A DNA stretch of 60,205 nt, filler included, from Sphacelaria rigidula (Eukaryota), in assembly GCA_964200075.2 (NCBI GenBank). It is 10 parts of 10 records of this genome, joined end to end, with 100 filler letters (N's around TTAATTAATTAA, not from the genome) between each part and the next. Parts side by side here need not be neighbours in the genome. Positions count along the whole stretch, not along the records: positions 1 to 5,931 come from CAXNAA020023398.1; positions 6,032 to 11,962 come from CAXNAA020023399.1; 8 more parts are not named here. One strand, 5' to 3'. Under the pieces are notes generated by a model, which saw nothing but the letters and a program-made list of their open reading frames with translations, searched no databases and had not been told where the DNA came from. Numbering within the stretch: position 1 is the first letter of the stretch; each line of letters opens with the position of its first letter. This document shows positions 1-11,472 of this stretch, piece after piece. The position numbers and the translations under genes were made by a program.

Positions 1-153
1 GGAGAGATGGGTTGATCCCTTGAGACCACGGACTCATCCCGAGGAAGGGGAAGAGTTCAAAGTGTGAGGAAAAACAAAACAAAATGGCGAGCACAAACTC
101 CCTGGAGAATGAAAACCGTTTTGCATTGGCTGCATCGTTTACTCGATGCTTAC

Positions 154-324
154 CTCGTCCTTGATGCTCGAGGCGGTCACCGGAATCCCGGCCGCGATTT
201 TCCTGGACTTGACTAGCTTGTCTCTCAAACGCTCGTCGGGGTCCGGCTCAAGCATCGAACTCAGCGCTCGCCGGACTTCCCGCGGGGCCGGCAGAGGCGC
301 GGGTGTGCCATCCCATGACGGTGT
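154..324 (-). CDS. Internal exon of an uncharacterised multi-exon gene (TPSWDGTP...SSIKDE)
   Basis: Acceptor cttgtttggtttacAG and donor GAG|GTAAG; 171 bp, phase 0/0, open frame. Confidence 0.6.
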
Positions 325-889
325 CTGTAAACCAAACAAGATCGTCATCCCCAGATTGAAAAAAGCGGCGGTTGGCAGAATAGTGAGCTATTTGTAACGC
401 AAAACAGGTCAAGGAATGTCGAACGGCTACGGGAGAATAGACTGACCCAATAATCTACAATGAAATGCAAGGCAGGTAGCGCGGGAGGAACATCGTCATT
501 TCTGGAGGCTACGGGCTCGTCTCGAGGACAGGGGGCGCGTGGAGCGGGGGGGGGGGCGGAGCGAGGGAGGGAGGGACGGGGGTACATGTACGGTAGAAAA
601 AGGAAGTTATCAAATTACGCAGAACCATGCTACTGGCATGCAGATGAGCTTCCCACACCCATCGTTACTAGATCTCACGTCAAAAGATGTTCCTGCTCGT
701 TCCTGTACGCATGGTGCGCACAAAAGCAACGAGGTAAACCGCAATCTGCTTCGATTATTAACGCTATGCTCGATACCGATGCACCCTCCACACGTTGGTC
801 CGCCAATCGAAATATCTCTTCTGCATGTAGAAAGTTATGTCTTCCCCCCCCCCGAACCCATTGCCATAGCCTCTCCCCCCCATCCCTTT

Positions 890-990
890 TCTTGGTCCGG
901 CGAAAACCCGGCGTGCTCCGTCCCGATTTTGTAGGGATGCGAGGTCAACGGTTTTATGACTATGGCATGTACGATCATGAGTTCACCCCC
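890..990 (+). repeat. High-copy dispersed repeat family A (GGGATGCGAGGTCAA...CATGAGTACACCCC end)
   Basis: Matches 17921-17993 (-) and 27350-27408 plus 28631-28667 (+). Confidence 0.7.
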
Positions 991-1440
991 CATCTATTTT
1001 CGGGACATGGACGCAGTCCCGAGGATTCAGCACGTGTCCACCGGTACATGTCTAACAGTTGTTATTGTCGAGGATCAGACAATGAATTTCAGCACTCCCG
1101 CAGCCCGTCTACCTTTTCCGGGTTATAACGAAATCACGTTCTCACGCTGACACGACGAAACCAGTAAGCTAAAATAGCTGTCGGAATTCGAATCCCCCAC
1201 GTCGCTGCGTCCCGGTGGTATAAATTCAACCGGTATACCGATAGTCCGGTACTATAGGACGGACGGGTATGAGTTGGAATACCGGTACGTACGGTCTTTT
1301 CCCAGTAAAAAAAACTGGTTTCCGTTTTAAAAAGGCGTGAGGCCGTGAGTAGCAGTGAAGACGAGATTCGGTGACGGTTGACGGGGTGCGGGATTGAGTG
1401 CTGATCCGATCCTTGACAGTAAAATATCAGACGGGCAACG

Positions 1441-1545
1441 AGAGGAGAGAGGGACAGAGACAGAGACAGGTAGGGACAGAGGCAGAGACAGGTAGAGACA
1501 GAGACAGAGACGAAAACAGAGACAGAGACAAGACAGACACCGAGA
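1441..1545. repeat. (AGAGAC)n-like microsatellite
   Basis: Imperfect hexamer repeat seen directly. Confidence 0.8.
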
Positions 1546-1546
1546 C

Positions 1547-1668
1547 CCGTTGATCCCTCGCCACTACGTATTCGTGGAGAGGAAGGACAGGGGCTTCAAG
1601 TCTCACGGTATTCCAACGTTTGGATCCTGAACCCAACCACTTGGGAAACATTATCATGCCCGTCTCGT
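1547..1668 (-). CDS. Possible small exon (ETGMIMFPKWLGSGSKRWNTVRLEAPVLPLHEYVVARDQR)
   Basis: Acceptor ctcAG, weak GT donor, open frame; phase partner not resolved. Confidence 0.3.
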
Positions 1669-2200
1669 CTGAGCCACGACATCTATTTCGTGGACAATTG
1701 CCGAGGACGGTCCAATTTTATGGTGTCACAATCACATCACACAAAACGTGTAACGAAGAGATAAACAAACAACTTTGAATGCGTGGACTGACCAATAATG
1801 GGCCAGACTGAGCACCGATTCGAGGTGGTCGTGGTCTCCCTCCCCCAGTGCTGCATGCGACCACGTGCCCTTCGGCTTGAAATGCGGATTCGACCCTCAC
1901 GCGAACGTATAGGCGCGGCACGAGATCCACGGGACCGATTATCGTATGCAACGTACCACACATAGTCAAATATGTGCGAGTATTCAGCGATTAAAATGCC
2001 CTTGCGAACACGGTACCCGTTTTGGAACTTCGCCCATGTCAGACCGAACCACTCTACGTTGATGTTCTTTATCGAAAGCTTGATTGTTAACACGAGGTAT
2101 TTGATCAAAAACCCAACGACCTCCCCATTTAGCTCTTCTTCTCCCTATTTTTTTCGTACGATGATGGACTCTAAACCTCTTGTCAACAAAAGATGCTCAC

Positions 2201-3175
2201 ATCGGCGAATAAAATCTCTCGCAGAGCCATCTCCTCCATCGTGGAACCCTGGACGCCACCTCGCATTTTTCTGCCGTTCCTATTTCGGATCGAACTCGAC
2301 AGCCAAGTCGCGTCAAGATTTCTCAGCCCTCCTCCTTCTTCACCACCGATATCGACCCATGGCCAACCACTAGCGTCAGACGTTTCGCTTACAATATCTC
2401 CGTCACCTCGTGAAAATTCGACGAAGCCGTTCGCCATACTGCCGCCATCACCAGAAGTCGCGCTGCGCTGTGCTCCCTCCTCCGCGATCCCCGACATGGA
2501 AGGAAATATTTCGCGTGCTTTCTTTATATGCGACGAATCCACAGCCGGAGCCGTCTTCGCGAACGCGGTGGTAGAAGTCTCACCCCTGTCTAGTAACATC
2601 GACGACCCCCCTCTCACAGCCGATTTTCTTTGACCTCTTGTATCTCCGAACAACAATTCTTTCAGCATCGGCGCACTGAGCCTGGAAGCACGCGAGGCAC
2701 TTCGACTGCTTTCCCTCATTCCCGCTCGGAGCGCTGCGGCCAAACCGTCGCCTCCACGTTTTCTGAATCTCCCGCCGCCTTTCAATCCGCCGCCCTTGAG
2801 GGGCCTCGCCCTACCCGACAACGCGTTACCGAAGGTTTGCTCCCCGTGGTAACAGGCTCTGCCGCACGATGTAGCCATGGTAGAAGGGTTGAACATACGA
2901 GAGGCGGACAGCGGTCGGTGTCCGAACGTAGTCGACTGCTCAGCAACTATCTCCCTTCGATAAGGCTCCAAGTTGACCATCGTCTCAACGTCGCAATCGC
3001 GTTGATCTTTGTTGCCAAGGCTTCGACGCCGGCGTCGCGGGGTCGGCGCAGGCTCCTCCGCGAGAACCGCTGCGGCCGGGGGTTTTGAACAGCCATATTC
3101 TGCGGGGTTGTTTCCAGCACGCAGTGCCCAGGCCAACACGTCCCGCTTCTTCCGCGCGAAGTCTCGAACGGATTT
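2201..3175 (-). CDS. Large exon (325 aa, KSVRDF...ILFAD) of the same uncharacterised gene; low complexity, no recognised domain
   Basis: Core of the 390-aa ORF 2183-3355; acceptor tgtgtgtccAG, donor GAT|GTGAG; phase 0/0, compatible with exons 3956-4100 and 154-324. Confidence 0.65.
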
Positions 3176-3955
3176 CTGGACACACAGATGGAGGGAAGAA
3201 GGTGACTTTTGGACGGGTGGCGAAACGGTGTGCGACTTTGAAGAGGATGGCGAGACGGTGTGAAATGTGTTCCACAGTTCTTCCTCGGAGCGGGCGAGAA
3301 TCTGAGATGTTGCGAATATATTTATTTTGCGTGGAATTGACCTCCACAACGGCAAAGTTTCTTGCGACGCTCTGTACTGCTGAGTACTACTGCTGATGCA
3401 AACACGTGAAGCGTAATGTTATCGAAAAGCTTCATATTGGAGAAGTCCTGAAATGTCGGAGATTTCCAAGCGGCCCAGAGAGAGGGTCGCGTTTTGATTG
3501 AGTTCCGCCGCAGGTGTTGGACCTCTCATCACGGACACAGTGCTAATTTCGTCGTTGGCTCGACTTCGTCGGCCTGAGGACGCTACCCCCGTCAACCCAC
3601 GGCGCACTCTACTGTTCGACATGACCCACGGTGTCACTGCCAAGGTTCCGGATAATTCCCGAACGATTGCCAGCGCCACGGCGTACACACAGGGCAGCTC
3701 TCTGAACTGCTGCGTTGCAGTTCGAATCGTTCGATCTTCTCCGAGAACGAAGCTTCGGAGACATAACTCAAGGCGAGTCATTTTGAGAGATATCGAAAGC
3801 CAGAGTCCGTAACGTCCGAAAATTGGGAGATAGGCAAAAAAACAGCGTCGATAATGATGAACGTAATAAGAAGCAACACCCTATCCTTACGCATTTTACT
3901 GCCCCAATCATATCCGAATGCGCGCGTCCCGCGTAGATTGGGGAGTTCCACATAC

Positions 3956-4100
3956 CTCCCTGTCTACCATGAAGGTAGCGGTCCGTGGCACGTCGGCGGA
4001 CGTCAGGTCAACCAACGATGGGTTCTTCGCGCGTGCGGGTGTGGTAGGTTTCCCGGGCGACCCAATCGAACACATGGGCAAATATGACAACGGAAGACAG
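3956..4100 (-). CDS. Upstream exon of the same gene (CLPLSYLPMC...FMVDRE)
   Basis: Strong acceptor gttttgtttttatttcAG, donor GAG|GTATG, ends in phase 0. Confidence 0.55.
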
Positions 4101-5931
4101 CTGAAATAAAAACAAAACAAAACAGGGGGTATGATGGAATGTTGTTGACCCCTCGAGCAGTGGAGTATTCGTTTGCCACGGAAACTGAAAGGTCTCGTTA
4201 CCACCGAGAGTTGGAGCAAAGCGATACCAGCAGCTGTGAATTTCCCGTCCTGTATACGTACCGCTGAATGTGGCCGCATGTATCATACTCTTCTGCAAGG
4301 TCATGATCATAGACCCCCACTAACAGTCCATGCCTGAACGGCGAGTAATCTATATTGGGTCAGGGGCCTGGTTTCTCGAGAGGGAGAGGCTCCACTGAAT
4401 CATTTCGCAAGAGGATTATTAATAGTGCGTACAATAACCAGTTTCGGTATCACCGGATACACCTTATTTTCATTAGAGATAACACGGGATCTTACAAATT
4501 AAGGATGAACTGTGTCCAGAGTGTGAGCCTTGGGAACCTTCATTGTTGTTGTTGTTGTTGTTGTTGTCTTCGCATTAAAAACCGTCCCGATATCTGCGCG
4601 GTACCTTCGATCATAAGCATCGAAATACTTTCGAAATACGAACGCAAAGGCCTCCTCCGGTCGTGATGTATGACCTCGCTGATCCTCATGAGAATCCAGC
4701 CGGGATTCGTAAAATCCCGTGTTTATACCGAACAATGTCGACCTCTGCTCATCCACGTGAAAGAACACTGTTTTATTTTTGTTTTGTCAGAATCCCCTTT
4801 CAATCAATCAACACAGTATCTTACAAATCGCGGATGGACTCTTTTTAGGACGAGTGAGACCAAACATCACAGTCGGACAGTGCATTTATTTGCATGTTAT
4901 TTTCGAGAATATTTCGATGCTCATGGAGGTTCCCAAGCTTCATCGTAAGAAAAAATCTATCTTGAATTTGTGAAATGCCGCTTTAGATATCATCAACGAA
5001 AATTTGTACACAGGTTGGGCAATTCGGCGCTTCCTGAAGTGACTGCTGGTACAATATTAATATACATATTTATATAGGGGGAGAGAAAAAAATGCACTGG
5101 CGCGAAATGAACGCGACGAGTAAACACAATACACACATCCCGAGCCTCGAAGACCCACGCACGTACATCTGCCACACGCACGCATTAGCTCCAGCGCCTT
5201 TCCTTGCTCAACTACACACAGCGGTCTTTCTTCGGCGGGAAATCGTTGGGTAGTAAAGGGAAGGCATCCGCGGTCTCGATTATTTTTTTACCGAACATGC
5301 ACCACAGCTCGACCTTCGTTCGGGTGTTGCAGTACGCGTCTGACACGAAGTTGTTGATGGGATATTGAACAGATTGGGCCAAGATCAAATACAACGTGCT
5401 CAGCTGATCAACAGCTACGGCTCGAACTGTATGTTTTTAGTTTTGGTTAACCGAAGGTAAAAGGAGAGCTCCCAGGTTCATGGGTGTGGTTGAATTGCTT
5501 CGCCATATCTTTGCACGCACCTTCGAGGTCGCTACGTCCATATTCTTCGTCAAGAAATTTGACAGCCTCTTCGCGCAAGCCGCTTCTTTTGCCAGTCATC
5601 TTGGAAGGCAACATCTCACCGACCAACGATAAGTTTCAAAGAGCCATCAGATTCTGAAAAAAAAACAATATATATATATATATATATATATATTTTTTTG
5701 TCTCGATACGACACGCCCTCGCTGCCGATACGGCCGACTCTTATGGGGAAAGTCTGCCCCCAAAGTTGACCTCTCACTGCGTAAGCTAGGCAACCAGGTT
5801 ACCGGGGTTTTGTTTTTTTGCGGTAACCGTGATGGTAGTCGAGCTAGATCATGTTGTGCGGCGTGGGAGAACCTCAACTCCGCACAATGGGGATGGTCGT
5901 ATCCCGCAGTGTGTAAATGGCGAGACACCCA

Positions 5932-6031
5932 NNNNNNNNNNNNNNNNNNNNNNNNNNNNNNNNNNNNNNNNNNNNTTAATTAATTAANNNNNNNNNNNNN
6001 NNNNNNNNNNNNNNNNNNNNNNNNNNNNNNN
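5932..6031. other. Artificial scaffold spacer N44-TTAATTAATTAA-N44 (also 11963-12062, 17994-18093, 24025-24124, 30056-30155, 36086-36185, 42116-42215, 48146-48245, 54176-54275)
   Basis: Nine identical 100-bp spacers with stops in all six frames separate ten pieces of 5931/5930 bp. Confidence 0.97.
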
Positions 6032-6240
6032 GAGCGCGAGGGGCGGAGGGAGCTACGGCGAGGACTACGGGAGTCTCGTGAATCGGAACGGCTACGACCA
6101 CGGCGGTGAAAGCGAGAGCGGGAGCGAGAGTCCCGGGAATCGGAACGACTGCGGCGTGCTGAGGAGAGCCTGGAGTTTGAGCGGCGTCTATCGTTCTTCC
6201 TTCCCCGTCCCTCACCACGTTCAGCGCCCCTCCCAGACAT
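6032..6240 (-). CDS. Arg/Ser-rich N-terminus, probably the gag start of the downstream Gypsy unit (cut by the scaffold end)
   Basis: ATG-initiated MSGRGAERGEGRGRK...SRS, about 2 kb downstream of an LTR plus PBS on the same strand. Confidence 0.45.
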
Positions 6241-6625
6241 TTTGTTTTTTCACGTGTAATATGCTTTACTTATCAACTAGTACAGCATGAAACAGTACAG
6301 CATGAAACATCGGCGGGGCGCGTGTGTTTCGTCAATTGTCATGGTCACAATGAGATGTGATCCAAGAGAACAGAGATGCGCAGCGACACAGTTTTTGTTT
6401 GCCCCATATCAGTATGAGGCAAGGAAACAAAAACCGATAACAACGGCCGAGAGAGGGAAAAAGACGCCGACAGGACAGAAGGGGGAAGAGCGGAGGCATC
6501 GCGTGGATTAATAAATGTTTTCACTGACAGTCAGCGTGGTCAGTGTTCAAGGACTGATGATCTTTTGCAAGGACTCACTATCTTGTTATGATGCTTTTCC
6601 ATTTTGAAAATGATCAGTCGAGAGG

Positions 6626-6908
6626 GATCGGTCCTCAAAAGGTTGGTCATCAAAGGATTGTGGTCAACCAAAGCAACCGCAGTAATGAACAGTACGGGCA
6701 GCAGCGGGTTCAAAACGATTTTCTAAATTACCGATCAACCCGTACACACAATTAGTAACATGTGTGATCGGTCCTCAAAAGGTTGGTTATCAAAGGATTG
6801 TCGTCAATCAAAGCAACCGTAGTAATGAACAGTACGGGCAGCAGCGGGTTCAAAACGAATTTCTGAGTTACCGGCCAACCCGTACACACACAATCAGTAA
6901 CATGTGAG
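6626..6908. repeat. Two tandem copies of a 140-bp unit in the retrotransposon leader
   Basis: gatcggtcctcaaaaggttgg... starts at 6626 and 6766, highly similar. Confidence 0.9.
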
Positions 6909-7156
6909 ATCCCGACCAAAAGGGGTGATGGTGACGCGATGCAGGGAAAGCCACTTGAGTGTGGGGGTAGGCCACAGCGGCGAACAACGTCTCCTCACCA
7001 CGAAGAGATGCATTTCAGGGGAACAGATGCGTGGGGACATCGGTGTAACAATTGAGGCACATATGGTAATGACAATCATTTATCGGTAAAAGCTCATGCG
7101 GTCAAAGTGGGGCACAGTACAAGCAGCAGAGTGGGAAACTACGCATGACTTTACAT

Positions 7157-7748
7157 GTAGGTGTAAGAGACATTACGCGCACATGAGGGCTAAACAGGCA
7201 GTGCGATAGCCAGCAGGGTACATCTACCTATGGGCGGTGAAGGCGAAAATAGCAACGCCTCAGGCGGGACAGCAACCGCAGAGCAGCAAAACAAAATCGG
7301 GACAGTAGCCGCCGAGCAGCAGAACAAAATTGCATTGTTCTTTACGCGGAACAGTAACCACACAGCACGGTAACTGACAGCACAGCGGAAACAGCCGCAG
7401 CAACTGCAACATGAAAGTTTATAGTAGCAACAAAAGCGACAGCAACACAGCAAAGCAGCAGCGACCGCAGCGGCCGTGACAACAGCAGACGATAACAGGC
7501 GGAAGCAACGCCACCACCACCACCACCAACACCAACAACAACAACAACAGCCGATAACAGAGACAAAGGACAACAACGAGAACCGCAGCAAACGAACAAC
7601 GAACAGCCACAACAACGGATAACAACAACGCGGCTGCACAGCTTCCGGAGCTGTCTGGAACTTGATGTCCCAAAACACCCCGACATAGTTGTAGGCCCTC
7701 TGGTTCGTTGACTCGTGCAATCTCGATCAACCTTTATGCCTTTTATCA
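7157..7748 (+). mobile_element. Possible solo LTR with CAA/CAG/CAC-rich interior, nested in the Gypsy leader
   Basis: TG...CA ends; aacac..cga.atagttg motif near the 3' end shared with 12816-12830; no clear TSD. Confidence 0.3.
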
Positions 7749-8262
7749 ATTGTTTTGGCTAGGTTATTTCACTTTTGCTTTGGACGTCTGCGGTGGCGTG
7801 CTGATGAACCATCGTTGATGAACTCGTGCATAAAGCCGTTGGTGGCGCTCTGCTTGGGTTGTATGTAATTCAGTGCAATGCGACGGGAAACAACGCAATA
7901 CCACGAACAGGCAGGACGACAAAGCCTACCTTGTCCATGCTTACTCTTTACTGTTCCGCGCAATTGTGATTGAGGCAATCCGAAAAGAGAGTACAAGCAT
8001 ATCCTGGTGCAGTTGTTTTTGCTGTTGAAAACAATGAGGGCACGCAACTGTGAAGCAGCGCGGTTGTGTTGTTTCGTTCTTGTGGAAAGAAGGGCGTATG
8101 TTGCAGTGTGGACTTTCTCCCATTTGTGCAAGGCACACTATTTACCATATATAGGTCTAGTGACGCGACAAAATGACACCTCAAGCCTCCCCACACGAAA
8201 AAATATTTTACGAAGGCGCATGCTACGTCTTTGGGGGTCATGCCGGAGTTGACTCTACACAA

Positions 8263-8278
8263 CCACGGATGGACACCA
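8263..8278 (-). other. Primer-binding site (TGGTGTCCATCCG...) directly after the LTR CA end
   Basis: TGG follows ...CATGACA; resembles the complement of the 3' end of the tRNA-His copy at 41864-41940. Confidence 0.6.
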
Positions 8279-8738
8279 TGTCATGGCTCGATACTCACCA
8301 CCTAGGTGGGAAGGTGCCAGTTCAGTGGGCACGGGGGGCTTGCGGGCCCAAACGCAATCATTAGTATCGAGGCCATTGAGCTCGATTTTACCAAGTGTAG
8401 AGTCAGCCACCGCACCAGTGGTCAGGTGGCATACCGTGAGCCGCGCAGGCTGCAAGACAAAATGTATTGCATGAAGGTCAGGCTTACATTTGTGAAGACC
8501 AAAGACTTCTCTGAGATAGCAGTCCGTGATAGTGTTAATGCTTCTTGTCTTATTGGCAACCGGCTGGTAGCTGCTAATCGCGCGTTGAGATAAGTTCCCA
8601 AAAAGACTGTGCCCGAGTAGGGGAACACTGTCGAAATCAATCAGACTCAGAATGGTCCATGACCTGTCGGGCTAGACAACACAAGAATATGACACATGGA
8701 ATCTACTCGACTGGACAATAACCGATAAATCCGGAACA
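8279..8738 (-). repeat. Gypsy LTR (460 bp), copy 1
   Basis: Preceded by purine tract GGGGGA; starts TGTTCCGGATTT, ends GACA; homologous to 41400-41863. Confidence 0.75.
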
Positions 8739-9432
8739 TCCCCCCAGCTTTTGAATAAGGCTAAGCAAAAGAAATGTGGGAAACGAAGCCTGTGCATCAA
8801 CACTTGAAATAAGGAAACGAGAAAAACCTGCCACTAATGTTGCAGGGGAAAACTCGGTATCTAATAGATAGGTAAACCCCGTTAGATGGGGGAAACCCTA
8901 TCCGTTGGGAAAGGAAAAATATTTTTAGCGCCCTTCCCAATCAACAGAAACCGCAGACAAGTGCGATCGCTGTCGTTTTCCCGGGATCTCAGTTAGACTG
9001 GAGAACGACTAGCTAATTAGCTTCATCGCACGTCGACACCTTAGATCAGTTACACTGAATTCCGGCGTAGTGCGGGGCTTTAACCACATCCAACTTGGGT
9101 TGGATTCGCTAAAAACAACCTTTTCACGAACTAATCAATAGTTACAGGAGTGCAGCTTTTGGGAAGTGCTTTCCTGTAACTACTGATGTTTATGCTACGA
9201 AGAATAGAGCCCATGCGCCTTGGCTCATATATGTGTTTGCATGCTACAAAATGGGAACCAGACAAGGCCAAGGAACGACAAAAAAAATGACAAACAAAAA
9301 CAGGCACACTCGCAATTCACAACTGATACGGTACCAACAACGCCTCTTGCTAATTTTACAACCCTCTTCCCTGTGCAATGATATCCTGTACCATTTCATA
9401 TGCCGACTATTCCTAGACATTCCCACTCCATT

Positions 9433-11472
9433 CTAAAGTCGGGGTCCTTTTTCCCGCGTTAAGCGATCTAGTTCCTGGCGGGATAGCTCCTCCCAGTCTC
9501 CGTGTTCGTATCGTACTCGCCAAAAGCGACTCCCGTAGTCATACACCTGACCCTTGACCTTGAGACCTCGAAAGTCTTTCCAGAAAGTAACACCTATTGG
9601 GAAAAGTTTCAAGGCGTCACTGCGCGACAGGGGAGCGGGGCGCTTCTTGGAGTGCGGGGGCGGATTGGGTGCAACCGCGAGGTTTTACAGGTGCCAAAGT
9701 GCGTGGAAAGCGTCTAGTTCCAAAGGGGAAAAGCTGTCTCGGAGCTGGCTCTCTGGCAACCAGTCTGACACCTTCCCCTCCAACGACCTGGCCTCGTATT
9801 CCCATTGTTTCGTGCCGGCCATGGAGTAGATCTCTCGGCGGTCCACTCAAGTGACGAACTCGTGAGTTTGGCGAGGAGCGGTGTTGGATTTGCAATCTGA
9901 GCCCCATACGTATTGAGCGAACTCGTCGGCTATCCAGTGCCTGAGATGCGGTGGGCGAACATGGAAGGGTTTCACGTCAGAGACTGCTACTCTACATGTA
10001 CGACGATTGCGCCCCTGGATGACTACCTCTACACTGAGGCCGGTCATCAGCACTTCCTTCACTCTCCAGGGCCCCGTGTACCCTTCGTGTTGCAGTTTCC
10101 TACCCTTACCGTCCCGATGTATTGTGCTGTCTGATTCGCGTACCATGACCAGATCCCCTTCTCTCGCCGCCACTCCTGGAGAAGGTCTTAAGATTGAGGC
10201 GTTCATCTTCGCACGAGTCAATGCTTTCGCGGCGTGTCTTTAGTCAAGAGCTAGACGTACCTCCTTGAGGTTTTGTCTACGTTGCTCCACGAAGGCATCC
10301 AGAACGTTACTTGATTCCTTCTCCTGGTTCAGGGGAATGAGCGAATCTAGAAACGTGCGGGGTTCACGACCGAACAGAAGCTCAAATGGGGACATGTCTG
10401 AGGGTAGGAAAACGTCTGGCAAGGTACGCTTGATCCAGAGCGCTGGGGAGACATACTCGTCCCATCTCTGGGGCCACGACCTACACAGCTCTGCCAGCAT
10501 ATCTAGTAGCCATCCCCCCAGCCTCTCGACTGCTCCTTGGCCTCTGGGGTGATCAGAGGGCCCAAAAGCAATGTCTGCTTTCAGCCACCTGCACAGGTGG
10601 GTCACCACCTCAGCTCTAAATTCCTTTCCTCCATCACTGCGAATTTTGCGGGGGACGCCGAATGTCAAGCAGAGTTCAGCAAGGATGCGAGCTACACTTT
10701 CAGCCTGCTTCGTTTGAAGCGGGAAGCCGAAGGGAAACTTGGAGGCTCGGTCTACGATCAAAAGAATGTACTTTTTGTTCGTAAGCGATGCAGTGTCTAT
10801 CCTCAGCAGGTCCATCTCCAACTCTTCCCATGGTTCTACGGCTTGTCCCGGTGTCATTGCAATCTTACAGCTATTGGACCTCTTCCTCGTGTGACAGCTG
10901 CAAGATAGCACGTTCAGTCTGGTATCCTTTACAATTGACGGCCAGACACAGCGATCTCGCATCAAAGACAGCGTGGCTCCTACTCCGATATGACCATGTA
11001 GGGAGTGTACCAACGCCAAGATGTCAGGTACCATAACCGAGGGGATGGCTAGCAACGGTTTCTTAGTGTCCTTCGTCAGCCACGCCACACCTTGATCGTC
11101 CAGACTGTATAGGCGTGCAACGTCGTCATTCACCGTAACCTTGACATTATTTTCCGTACTGGATTCCCCTGGTACCTCGTCGGCACTCACCACAATCTCG
11201 CAGTCTGCTTCACTCGTATTGGGTACCTTCTTTCCCCCCTGCACCTCGTCTGTACTCACCGTACTCTCGCCATCCTTGCCATTCGTACAATGTTCCTTTT
11301 CTCCTCTTAGTATCGATCTCACCTGCCCCAGGAACGGGTCCTCCTCCTGTGCGCGTTTCAGCGCGGATGCGTTGGTCAACATCTGGATCGCCCTCTTGAA
11401 TGCCGACGTGTCTACTGCAGTTTTCACCGTAGACGAGGGTTTGTCCCCCCCGGCGATGAGCACGTCTTCCAC
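9433..11472 (-). pseudogene. Gypsy integrase pseudogene with C-terminal chromodomain-like and Tudor-like segments
   Basis: ORFs 10240-11472 and 9847-10221 continue in frame through stops to VDRREIY..WEYEARSLEGKVSDWLPESQL and FPIGVTFWKDF..VKGQVYDYGSRFWRVRYEHGDWEELSRQEL; final TAG at 9433-9435. Confidence 0.85.

Noticed and set aside
4490..4972. Imperfect inverted repeat (4490-4640 versus 4897-4972)
   Set aside because: Too degenerate to define termini or a TSD; probably an old MITE, so not listed as a feature.
5976..5987. Recurring TTAATTAATTAA palindrome at ~6-kb spacing as a biological repeat or CRISPR-like array
   Set aside because: It is always centred in a 100-bp N block, so it is an artificial six-frame-stop linker. 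No CRISPR repeat-spacer pattern was seen anywhere.
6032..6240. SR splicing factor gene
   Set aside because: No RRM is visible, and the ORF lies downstream of an LTR-PBS-leader, so a gag N-terminus is more parsimonious.
7190..7749. Cys/Val/Leu-rich ORFs in three frames
   Set aside because: They are products of CAA/CAC/CAG low-complexity repeats.
9419..9434. AGAATGGAGTGGGAA-TGTC as PPT and LTR start
   Set aside because: Not conserved in copy 2, whereas GGG(A)GGA-TGTTCCGGATTT is conserved in both and gives matching LTR sizes (460 and 464 bp).
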